From assembly GCA_047967505.1 (NCBI GenBank), contig CM106538.1: a stretch of DNA of 64,000 nucleotides, one strand, 5' to 3'. The position numbers and the translations under genes are program-made. Shown here piece after piece: positions 26,345 to 37,567 of the stretch (within the stretch, counting starts at the first letter, position 1; each line of letters begins with the position of its first letter). The notes under the pieces are model-generated. The model was given only the letters and a program-made list of their open reading frames with translations. It did no database searches and was not told the origin of the DNA. Origin of the DNA: Dipteris shenzhenensis (lineage: Eukaryota).

Positions 26345-28800
26345 TCGACGGGACAGGACGCATGAAAGCGCGGGGAAGGGGGAGGGGACGGGACGGGATG
26401 ACGGCGGGGACGAGGAGGGGTGTGGGACAAGGGAGAGACGGAGGGGGCTCGGGCGGGGAGGGGGAGGCGGAAGGGCATTGTTGCCCCGCAACAGGTGAGT
26501 CGCTCCCCCTTCCCGCCCGCGCTCCCTCCCCTTGCCCCACGCCCCATTTTCCTCCCCACAATCACCCCTTGCCCGTCACCTTGCGATGTCCCCCTCCCCG
26601 CCCCTCGCCCGTCCCCTTGCCCTCCCATGCCCACCTCTTCCCTCCGCCCGCCCCCTTCCCTCCCCACGCACCCCTTTCCCTTCCCCTTGCCCCTCCCCTT
26701 GCCCTCGCCCCGCACCTGTTGCGCACGCAACAGGTGTCCTCTCCCTCGCCCGCCCCCTTGCCCTCCCTGCCTCACGCCCCCCTTCCATCCGCCCACCCCC
26801 TTGCTCTCCCCACGCCCTCCCTTCCCTTCCCCTTGTCCCCTGTTGTGCACGCAACAGGTGAGGGGGTGATGCTCCCTCCTCGCCCCCCTCGCCCCCTCCC
26901 CTTCCCCCTCCCCTTGCCCGCCGCCCGCCCCCTCGCCCTCCTCCCCTTGCCTCTCCTCCCTCGCCCTCGCTCGCTTGCTTGTCCCCCCTCCCCTTCCCTC
27001 TCCCCTCGCCCTCGCCCGCCCGCCCTCCCCTCCTCCCCCCCTCCCCCTTGCCCCTCCCCCCACGCCCTCCGCCCGCCCCCCCTCGCCCCCTCCTCCCGCC
27101 CCCCACGCCCTCCCCTCGCCCCCCCTCCCCCTTGCTCCTCTCCTACGCCCCCCCTTCCCTTGCCCCTCCCCTTCCCTCACCACATGTACACGTGTGGTGA
27201 GGGAAGGGAAGGGGCAAGGGAAGGGGGGGAGCGGGGGGGCGGGGCGGGCGGAGGGAAGAGGAGGGGGGCGAGGGCGAGGGGAGGGGGACCTGTTGCGTGC
27301 GCAACAGGTGGGGGGGGCATCGATGCCCCCCCTCCCCTTCCCGCGCTCCCCCACACCCCCCCTTCCCTCCGCCCCCTAGCCCCCCCTCCCGGCGCGCCCG
27401 CCCCCCCCTTCCCCTCCACCCTCCCCACACCCCCCCAGCCCCCCTCCCGATGCGCGCGCCCCCCCTTCCCCTCCGCCCTCCCCCCGCGTCGACGGAAGGG
27501 GGCGGGCGCGGGGGGGGGGGGCGTGGGGAGGGCGGGGGTTGGGAGGGCGGAGGGGAGGGAAAGGGGGGGCGGAGGGGAGGGCGGGTGGAGGGAAGGGGAG
27601 GGGCGGCGAGGGCGCCCCCCCACCTGTTGCGCACGCAACAGGTGGGGGGGGGCCCTCGCCGCCCCTCCCCTTCCCCCACACCCTCCCCCCCTTCCCTCCG
27701 CCCCCCCTAGCCCCCCCTCCCCTCCGCCCTCCCCACGCCCCCCCTGCCCCCCCTCCCGACGCGCCCGCCCCCCCTCCCCGGGGAGGGGGGCGGTGGGGGG
27801 GGGCGTGGGGACGGCAGGAGGGGAGGGGGGGGTTGGGGGGGCGGAGGGGAGGGAAGGGGAAGGCGGAGGGGAGGGCGGGAGGGATGGGTGGAGGGGAGGG
27901 AAGGGGGGGGGCGGGCGGAGGGAAGCCCCCCCTCCTGTTGCGCACGCAACAGGTGGGGGGGGGGCCGACCCCCCCCCACCTATTGCGTGCGCAACAGGTG
28001 GGGGGGGCGCCCTGGCCCCCCCTCCCCTTCCCCCACACCCCCCCCTTTCCCTCCGCCCCCCCTCCCGGCGCGCCCGCCCCCCCCCTCCGCCCTCGCCACG
28101 CCCCCCGCCCCCCCGCCCCCCCTCCCGGCACGCCCACCCCCCCTCCCCTCCCGCCCTCCCCACGCCCCCCCCGTGCGCCCGCCCCCTTCCGTCGATGACG
28201 GAAGGGGGCGGGCGCGCGGGGGGGGCGTGGGGAGGGCGGGAGGGGAGGGGGGGGTTGGGGGGGCGGAGGGGAGGGAAGGGGGAGGCGGAGGGGAGGGCGG
28301 GAGGGAGGGGCGGAGGGGAGGGAAGGGGGAGGGCGGGAAGGCGGCGGCACAGGGGAGGGCGGGAGGGAGGGAGGGGCGGAGGGGAGGGCGAAGGGAAGGG
28401 GGGGGGGCAAAGGGGTCAACGACAGGGGGCAGGAGCAGGGGGGGGGGCGGTGGGAGGGCGGGAGGGAGGGAGGGGGGGTGCGAAGGGCGGAGGGGAGGGA
28501 AGGGGGGCGGAGGGGGGGCAGGGGCAGGGACGACAGGGAGAGGGAGGTTGGAGGGAGGGGGGCAGAGGGAAGGGAGGAGCGACGACAAGCGGCAGGGGGA
28601 AGGGAAGGAAGGGGACGGAAGGAGGGAAGGAGGAGGGAGCAGGCAAGGGGAGGGGAAGGGGCCTTGGGGAGGGAGGAGAGGAGAAGGGGGAAGGGAAGGG
28701 AGGGGAGAAGCGGGAGGAGAGGGGAAGGGACGGGAAGGGGAGGGGAGAGAGGAAGTTGGAGAAGAGGGAGGGAGGGAGTACCTGAGTGGAGAGGTGGTGG
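26345..28800. repeat. Extremely GC-rich, CpG-rich island of alternating C-rich and G-rich blocks, with nested inverted repeats and CCTGTTGC-N4-GCAACAGG palindromes
   Basis: Palindromes at 26715, 26839, 27289, 27623, 27934, 27979; hairpin CCCTTCCCTCACCACATGTACACGTGTGGTGAGGGAAGGG at ~27170. Confidence 0.9.
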
Positions 28801-29249
28801 AGCTCCAGGAGAGAGTTGTGAGAGAGAATAAAAGAGTTGTGAGACAGAATGAGGAGAAGTAGAGTTTTATAGGAAATGGATAGCTTTTAGGTCAAGTCAA
28901 CTTTTTTTAGTTTTTAAGGTTTTTTTAGTTCTTTTAGGTTCACTATAAGTAGAATATTCTTCATTCTCTCTTTCATTCAAAGATCATTCGTTTACACTCC
29001 ATGCTTCTCTCCTCTCATCAACCTGTTGCAGGATTCACAAAAATTTTCAAAATGTTGCAAGAGGTGAGTTCATTTCTAACCTATTGCATACACAAGAACT
29101 TCTAAGAATCAAGTTTTTATAAATTTGAATTTTTTTTCAAATCCGATCTTTTTCTCAAAAATTTGTGTGTACGCAACAACTTAAAAAACCATTTTAGCAT
29201 TAAATCTTTTTTTCCATAAATTTTTCTCTTTAACTCAAACTCTCACAAC

Positions 29250-29760
29250 CCCTCCCTACCTATTGCGTACGCAACAACTTCAAAACAAAATTTAACACTC
29301 AAACCCTATCTATTGCATACGCAACAACTTCAAAACAAAATTTAATCATAAATCTCTCAAAAAAACTCATCAACAAAAAAAAAAAATCTATTACAAATTT
29401 CTCTCTCAACCTCAAAGCCACTCAAACCTCCCTACCTATTGCGTATGCAACAACTCCAAAACAAAATTCAATCATAAATCTCTCCAAAAAACTCCTTTAA
29501 AAAAAAATAAAAAATCTATAATACATTTCTCTCTCAACCTCAAAAGCACTCAAACCTCCCTACCTATTGCGTACGCAACAACTTCAAAACAAAATTTTAT
29601 CACAAATCCTCCAAAAAACTCTTCTCACTACACTTTATTACAAATATCTCTATCAACCTCAAAACCACTCAAATGTCCTACCTATTGCGTACGCAACAAC
29701 TTCAAAACAAAATTCAATCATAAATCTTTTCAAAAAACTCTTCTCACTACACTTTATTAA
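29250..29760 (+). repeat. Tandem ~120-130-bp units, each containing CCTATTGCGTACGCAACAACTTCAAAACAAAATT
   Basis: Copies near 29259, 29310, 29435, 29563, 29681. Confidence 0.85.
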
Positions 29761-30239
29761 TATAAGAAATCCATTTATAATATTTTTACCCCATAATATA
29801 ATAAATTTTTATTAACTAATGTTAAAATATAATTTTGCTAAAAATATATATTATTAATCTATAAATTAATATAAATATTATATAATTATTATATAAATAA
29901 ATATATAAATACATTAATTTAAGAAAAAAATTGAAAGGAGATCTTCTAGCATATGTGCTTTATATAATACTTAGTCTTAAAACAATGAAGAATTAGTGAA
30001 TATATTGCTCTTCTATACATTATTAACTTAAAAACTAATATAAATATAAATTAATTATTATATAAATTTAAATAAATATATAAATAATTAATATTATACA
30101 TTAATAACATTTAAAATTATGTAGATTATATACTAATAACCTTTCAATTTTAAAAAGTAGTCAATAAAAGAATTAAATTAATTTTAAAATTTAGAAAATA
30201 TTAAAATTTACACACTTACTTTTAGCATGTATGCTTTTA

Positions 30240-30940
30240 TTCCATGTGTATAATACTTGTTAGTTAGTCAAAAAATGAAAAATTAGATAATGTATTTGTA
30301 AGGTAGGTATTTAAAACCATAGAATTTAGAAGATTACACTATCATTGCATCCATATCATTTTTTTACTTTAGTAACCATCAGATATCCATGATTCCATGT
30401 GTATAATACTTGTTAGTTAGTCGAAAGAATGCAAAATTAGATAATGTATTTGTAAGGTAGGTATTTAAAACCATAGAATCTAGAAGACTACAGTATCATT
30501 GCATCCATATCATTTTTTTTACTTTAGCAAGCACCAGATATCCATGGTATCCATGATATGGAATACATATTTCTTAGAATGTCCATGATATGGAATATAT
30601 ATTTCTTCGAATATTTCTTATCAAATACTTTTTCATTTCTTCTCATACACCATGCACTTCTTCCTAATCAGTGTGCATACATCACTTCTTCGAATCGGTG
30701 TGCTTTTAGCCTATGTACTTGTTCCTAATCAGTAGGATACTTTGAGTAGGTAGGCTTGTAACTACTTAAAGTAAAGCCTTTGCAAAGGATCGTACCTTTT
30801 GATACACCATGCAGCATGAATGTAAAAAAATATGAATCGGTGTGCTTTTAGCCTATGTGCTTGTCCCTAATCAGTAGGATACTTTGACTAGGTAGACTTA
30901 TACTTATTTAAAGTAAAGCCTTTGCAATGTATCATACCTA
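30240..30940 (+). repeat. Two local tandem duplications (~153 bp at 30240/30393; ~140 bp at 30692/30835)
   Basis: Direct sequence comparison. Confidence 0.8.
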
Positions 30941-31034
30941 TAAACAAAACACTTTGGAAAGCATATAACATATAGTCTATATATATCTAAACTAAATACT
31001 TTAGAATGCATATTTTATATAGTCTACATATCTT

Positions 31035-31430
31035 AAATCTTACACCCTAAATCTTAAATCCTAAAGTTTCCTAAATCTTAGGTTATATAATCTAAGCTCT
31101 TAAACTTATATAATAGTTATAATCCCTAAACCTTAAATCCTAATCCCTATAACTTAAATTCTAAAACCTAATTTTCAATTCTAAACCCTAGATTCTACAC
31201 TCTAAGCTCATGATCTTATATACTAAACCTTAAAACCTAAATCCTAAACCCTAAAATAATAATCATAAACCCTAAAAGCTAAACCCTAAACCCTATATTT
31301 TTAACCCTAAACCCTAAATCCTAAATCCTAAACCCTAAACCCTAAAAATATAATCATAAACACTAAACCCTAAACACTAAATCTTAAATCCTAAGCCCTA
31401 AATCCTTAACCCTAAACCCTAACCCTAAAA
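31035..31430 (-). repeat. Degenerate plant telomere-like tract (CCCTAAA)n
   Basis: Many AAACCCT/AAATCCT heptamers. Confidence 0.85.
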
Positions 31431-32812
31431 TACAATCAAAATTTTATGATTTTTCTCGATTTGTGCAACATGTTAGATATACCCCCAACCTGTTGCTTGA
31501 GCAACAGGTTCGGGGGTATATCCGACCTGTTGCACAAATCGAGAGAGCAACAGGTTGCGGGTATATCCCCCAACCTGTTGCTTGAGCAACAGGTTGGGGG
31601 GTATATCCGACCTGTTGCACAAATCGAGAAAATTCTCGATTTGTGCAACAGGTCGGATATACCCCCCAACCTGTTGCTCAAGCAACAGGTTGGGGGATAT
31701 ACCCGCAACCTGTTGCTCAAGCAACAGGTTGGGGGGTATATCCAACATGTTGCACAAATCAAGAATTTTATTGATTTGTGCAAAATTCTTGATTTGTGCA
31801 ACATGTTGGATATACCCCCCAACCTGTTGCTTGAGTAACAGGTTGCGGGTATATCCCCCAACCTGTTGCTCAAGCAACAGGTTGAGGAGTATATTATACC
31901 CCCAACCTGTTGCTCAAGCAATAGGTTGAGGAGTATATTCAACATGTTGCACAAATCGAGAATTTTCTTGATTTGTGCAATCAAGAACAGGTTGGGGGTA
32001 TATCCCAATCTATTGCACAAATCAAGAAAATTCTCGATTTGTGCAACATGTTGAATATACTCCTCAACCTGTTGCTCAAGAACAGGTTGGGGGTATATAA
32101 AATCTGTTGCACAAATCAAGAAAATTCTCGATTTGTGCAACATGTCGGATATACCCCCCAACCTGTTGCTCAAGCAACAGGTTGTTGCGAGGTATATCCG
32201 ACATGTTGCACAAATCGAGAAAATTCTCGATTTGTGCAACAGGTCGGATATACCCCCCAACCTGTTGCTCAAGCAACAGGTTGGGGGTATATCCAACCTG
32301 TTGCACAAATCAAGAAAATTCTCGATTTGTGCAACATGTTGGAGTTGATTTGTGCAACAGGTTGGATATACCGAGATATATCCAACAACTGGCCTCCAGG
32401 TTGGGGGGTATATGCAACCTGTTGCACAAATCGAGAATTTTCTTGATTTGTGTAACAAATTGGATATACCACCCAACCTGTTGCTTAAGCAACAGGTTGG
32501 GGGATATATCCAACAACAGGCCTCCAACCCGTTGCTTGGGGGATATATCCAATTGTTGAACCTGTTGCTTGGGGGATATATTCAACTACTGCTCAACCTT
32601 GCACAAATCAAGATTTTTTAGTTGTAGGTTGGATATATTTCCTAATTGTATATCAAATTGTTGCACAAACAAGAAAAATTCTTGATTTGTGCAATAAGTT
32701 GGATATATCCCCCAACCTCTTGCTTGATATATCCAACTGGTTGCTCAAGCAACAAGTTGGGGGATATATCCAACCTATTGCACAAATTAAAAAAATTCAT
32801 TAAATTTTGGTT
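31431..32812. repeat. Palindrome array (AACCTGTTGC-N4-GCAACAGGTT, TGCACAAATCGAGAAAATTCTCGATTTGTGCA, GGGGGTATATCCCCC)
   Basis: About ten copies of the 20-bp palindrome (e.g. 31489, 31574, 31670, 31709, 31862, 32162, 32260, 32477); the two ends of the array are inverted copies of each other. Confidence 0.92.
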
Positions 32813-33015
32813 GTAGGGTTAGGGTTTAAGATTTAAGATTTAGGGTTTAGGATTTAAGATTTAGGGTTTAGGATTTAGAGTTTAGGGTTTAGGATTTATT
32901 GTTTAGGAGTTTAGGATTTAGGGTTTAAGAATTAAATGTTTAAAGTTTAGGATTTACGGTGGTTAAGATGTTTTGGTATTAATTATTTAAAGTTTAGGAT
33001 GTAGGGTTTAGGTTA
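32813..33015 (+). repeat. Degenerate plant telomere-like tract (TTTAGGG)n
   Basis: TTTAGGG/TTTAGGA heptamers, inverted relative to 31035-31430. Confidence 0.85.
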
Positions 33016-33146
33016 ATGCCTTCTCTGCTAGTTTTGATATAGAAGTTATTAAGTAATAATAAGCTCAATGATTATTTATTAAATGTTCATTTTGAGTTGC
33101 TAATTTACTTTTATACATAAAACAGGTATTCACCCTAACAGAGGGT

Positions 33147-36100
33147 ATGGATGTGGTGTTATATAAGAAGAATGAAGTGGTGGCTTTTGGACGAATTCAT
33201 AGTCTTGATCCTATGAATGTGTGTCATTTTCAACGTTGTGGTGAGAGAAGATGTGTAGTGATAATCACCAACGTTGTAAATCCTGAAGTACATTTAAAAT
33301 ATCCACATGGAGACTTTGAAACATTGGGAGATATCTTACAATGTGATATATTTGATATGCAAGCACACAGAACACTCTGGGACCAAGACGAAATTGTTCC
33401 AAAGACATACTTTCAAGATATCAAGAAAACTTATATCCAGGGGGAAAAAGTACAGATGTTATCTCACTTCAGAGAAGTTTTAGCAATTGGCAACTTTAAG
33501 GGCTATGCTCAGAGTTTTCTCTGTATAGTGGAGATAATTAAGTTGACTAGTGCAGGTGTCATTCAAAATGCAATGGATAGTACTTCACAATTAGACGTCC
33601 ATAATACTACGTCTCAACTACAAGTTCATAGTACTTGTAAATGGGGGTTAGCTTTCTTGAAATCAAGTTTGCCCAAGACAGTTTCCTTCAATGTCATGGA
33701 AGACACAACATAATATTATCAGAAGAAAAAGACTATAACACAAATGGGATCCAAATTGATAAGAAGCTATAGTAGTAATCAAGAGTATCATAGTGGCATG
33801 CTCACAGGTATCGAGGACATTATAGTAACAGATGTTGATGCAGAAAAGGTTTCTTGTGTTGCAAGTGACTCAAATATACTCACTGGTATAGAAGACTTGT
33901 CTTGTGTTGCAAGTGACTCGAACAGGCTCACAGGTATAGAAGACTTGTCATGTGTTGCAAGTGACTCGAACAGGCTCACTGGTATAGAAGATTTATCCTG
34001 TGTTGCAAGTGACTCAAACAGGCTCACTGGTATAGAAGACTTGTCTTGTGCTGCAAGTGACTCAAACATGCTTATTGATATAAAAGACAGAAGATGTGTT
34101 GAAAATAATAAGATGGGACCACAAAGAAAAAAACATGCAAAGATCAATGGGATAAGTGATGCAATAACAGGAATTGATGATATTAGTGACAATGATCATG
34201 ATGTTACCACTCGAATACAAGGCAAAAGGGGCAGAGAATCTGAGAATATTGTTGCTAGCATGCCAGAGAATATAGATGGGAGAATCTTGAGTTACGAAGG
34301 AGAAACAGTTCAACCACAAAATTCAAGAGGCATTGGCAACAAATTGACATCAATGAACATGTCGACCAGATTGCCATTTCCAAGATATTATAAGGTATCA
34401 AATAATTCTCAAGCCTACACAGCATTTGATTATAAAGATGAAGATTCAAGGGAAATGGATTCGAGGTTTGATGGTCTTACAACTAGAAAACGCAAGACAC
34501 TATTTACAAAAAGAAAGTATGTGAGTGTGAAGAGGCGAAGAATCATGGCATCAATTCCAGAACCAAAGAGACATGTGATGCTATCCGAGGAGAATATGGA
34601 AAGGATGCTTATGCGAGTTTGTTGCAAGAGACTTTGCATTAGAAAAGTTGGGAAAGATGATTGTGCAGCCATACGCCTTGGTATTTGGAGTAAGACAGCG
34701 CCTAATAGACATAACTATCTTCTTCAAGAGTTTTCATGCTTTCTTCATCAAGGCACTAATCAAGATTTGAGCACAGGACACTGTAAACCTAGATTGAAAC
34801 CCATGGTTAATGGGAGACCCATTTGCAATCGAGGATATCAATGGTTAACTGGACTATCACATGGCACATATTGGACCATCTGGGCAGAGGTGAAAGAAAA
34901 AGTTATTCATACAATTCATGGAAATACCTACAAGCTTAAATGCCATGGAAGCACTATAAATGCAACCGCAACATTAAAGCAAGTTCTCAAAGACCATGCA
35001 TTACCACAGCCTCATCTTCAACAAACAATGCTAGATGGACGTGTCGAATGCCAACAACATCTTCCTTTGGGAATGACAAAGAAGGTCGTCCTAGAGACTG
35101 TCAATAAAACTTTACAAGACAGAGACGAGAGCATGATTTCACGATCAACCTTGTACAAAATTTGGCGTAGAGATTTTTGCCATGTCAAGACACCATCAAA
35201 GCAAAGGATGTCAAAATGTAAGACATGTGATGAATTAAAAAATGCCATTGAACATAGTAAATGTGAGCAGCAGCGAGGAAGATATATTAAATGGCGATCA
35301 ATCCATTTACGTCATGTGTAGGATGCTCGAAAGTTGTATGCTTCTTGGAGAGAGGAAGCTATTTCACATGTCGATAAGTCCATGTGCATCACGATTGATG
35401 GCATGGACCAGAATACAACCACTTTGCCACGATATAGACATATCCCACCGGCATTGGAGGGCAAACGTGGACTAAAAACACACTTGTGTGGAGTATTAGT
35501 ACATGGATACCGAATCTTTTGTGATGTATGGATTGATAGTTTGCATGAACATGATAGTAACTAGGTTGTTACATCAATCATGAAAGCAATAAGAAAGGTC
35601 AGAGATGCTCGCGGATGTTTGCCTAACACATTGCGAATACAAGCTGATAATTGTTGGAGAGAGAACAAGAATAAATATATATTTGCTTTATGCTCTATGT
35701 TGGTTGGTTTGAAAATATTTGAAGAAGTGGAAGTTGGCTTTCTTCTTGTCGGCCATACACATGAAGACATAGATCAAATCTTCAGTGTTATCTCTGGTGA
35801 GTTGAAGGCAATGGATGTTTTGACAATGGAGGATATGCTATTTCGAATTGGGAAAAAAATTGGAGGTTCTCATAAGGAAGAATCAGAAGTGGCTATCTTA
35901 GAGAGGATGGTAGATTGGAGAGCATTTATAGAGCCACATTTACAAACAGGAGATGATGCCCTAATAGGACACACAAATCCACACTACTTTCGGTTTCACA
36001 TGCATAACAATATTCCAGTGATGCAATGGAAGCACTACTCAATAGATGGAGATCATTTATGGAGTGAGTCATATGCTTTATTACAACGAATAATTCCATT

Positions 36101-36908
36101 GGAGGAAACTAGATTTGTTCTTGCAAAAAACAAATCACTTGACATAGATGAAATGAAAGGCTTGAAAGCCTTCATTAAACATCTTCAAAGTATGATGCAG
36201 AAATATCCTGAGCAATCAACTAAGAATTTGGAGACAATTAAATCAACTAAAGCACTTATCCAATCTTTAGAAAGACAAGAAAACTTAATGAGCATTGAAT
36301 ACTCTGAATCCTTTTGGCTGGAACAAGCTAGGTCACCAAGTTTTCCTTTGGATATAAATATGTTAGTAGATATGGAGGAAGCAGAGGAATGCCTTTTACC
36401 TCGAAAATATTGTGGCAGGAAGGGAGACAAACCCTTACCATAGTTTATACCATGTAATGAGATTGAAGAGGGTCTATTTGTTGCAGTTTGGGCATCTGAG
36501 TTGGATGACCAAGGTGGCCCAATTTGGGTTGCAAAGGTTACTAAGATAGAAAGGGATGACAAGGGAACTCCTATAACATTTACAGCTTTATGGTATGAAC
36601 CAAAGCCATTAAAAAATCTCCCGAGAAGATATACAATAAAACAACTCTATGAGGGATGCTTGCAAAAGAAACGTGAATGGGCTCCAAATAATGAGGGATT
36701 AACAGAGGTGGAAGTCAGTAGCATTATTCATTGCTGGAAATCGAGGACACGAAGTTTTAAAAAGAAGCATGGATACAATGTTGAAAAATGTATCACAATC
36801 CCTGATCCAAGTCGTGTCCATATTAAACATCATTTGGCAAGACTTGACCCATCAAGCTCAAATACATTACATGAGTCTGATGACTCTGAACGAGATTCAG
36901 ATGCATAA
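33147..36908 (+). pseudogene. Sola-like DDD transposase (~1250 codons) in a single frame, interrupted by 4 in-frame stops
   Basis: ORFs 33147, 33744, 35334, 35580 and 36501 are all in one frame; stops at 33711, 35319, 35562, 36441. Motifs SKCKTCDEL, CITIDGMDQ, IQADNCWRENKNKY, FLLVGHTHEDIDQIFS. N-terminal Tnp1/En-Spm-like domain VVAFGRIHSLDP...LGD...W. An acceptor-like aaacag lies just upstream. Confidence 0.82.
33852..34090 (+). repeat. In-frame 48-bp (16-aa SCVASDSNRLTGIEDL) tandem repeat x5 inside the transposase
   Basis: Visible in DNA and translation. Confidence 0.92.
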
Positions 36909-37567
36909 GATAATGTTTTGTATGCTTTTTTCCATACAAATGGTGTATCTATACACCACCAATAACGAGATTCAGATGCATAAGATAATGTTTTGTATGC
37001 TTTTTTCCATACAAATGGTGTATCTATACACCACCAATAAGATAATTTATTGTATGGTTTGTTTTTTAAAAAAGGGTGTATCTATACACCACTTATGTAT
37101 TGACTTCAACAAACTCTTTAAAAAAAAAAAAAAGGTGTATCTATACACCACTTATATGTTGAATTCAACAAACTCTTTTCATATGGTGTCATATTTTCAC
37201 TTCATAGTGTTAAAATTGAACTTGAGTTAGGAGACTACTATTATTATTATTATAGTTATTGGATGGAGGCACCATGCATGAGTTTGGGAATTATAGCTTC
37301 AGCGAGCCATTTTTTTTAAAATTAGAGGTTACCACTTGACTTTTTACTAGCTTAATAAGGCCATATTTGTATATAAGTGACCCATTAAGTGCTCAAAAAA
37401 CCCAAATTTTTAGCTCACTAAGTGAAGTTGAGTGGAAAGGATATGCTCCAAAAAAAAGTCCAAACCAAGAGAGAAAGTCCAAAAATTTTGAATAGTGTGT
37501 TAAAATGGTATTCTTTATTGACATAGAGTAGTATCACAAAGATCGTCAAAGCTTGAATGCATAAGCT

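Larger units (their letters stand above)
21925..37501. mobile_element. 15.6-kb TIR DNA transposon (Sola-like DDD transposase plus a divergent ParB-like/MTase-like gene)
   Basis: TIR AACACACTATTCAAAACTTTTGGACTT (21925-21951) matches the reverse complement of 37475-37501 at 26/27. AAAA flanks both sides (possible 4-bp TSD). Related GGTGGTGTA...ACACC subterminal motifs occur in inverted orientation at ~22370-22520 and ~36940-37150. Confidence 0.85.

Noticed and set aside
26296-28862. Many long overlapping Pro/Gly/Arg-rich ORFs (up to 807 aa)
   Set aside because: These are by-products of stop-codon-free GC repeats; they are open on both strands and show no domain signal.
31436-32621. Repetitive ORFs (PPTCCLSNRL / NLLLEQQVGG) and a CRISPR-like look
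   Set aside because: They are translations of the palindrome array. The intervening sequences are themselves repeated rather than unique spacers, and there are no cas genes.
31035-33015. Real telomere or chromosome-fusion scar
   Set aside because: The repeats are degenerate, lie inside a TIR element, and are in CCCTAAA...TTTAGGG order, opposite to an end-to-end fusion.
33147-36908. Alternative genetic code (TAA/TAG = Gln) or U-to-C editing to explain the in-frame stops
   Set aside because: The same stop type occurs in the unrelated copia at 62225/62270, and a TGA interrupts the partner gene. Methylation-driven C-to-T decay is simpler, and U-to-C editing is organellar.
21929-37497. Classifying the 15.6-kb element as CACTA from CACTA...TAGTG
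   Set aside because: The inverted match extends 4 bp beyond CACTA, the flanking triplets (ACA/TGT) are not a direct TSD, and the catalytic core lacks TnpD motifs.
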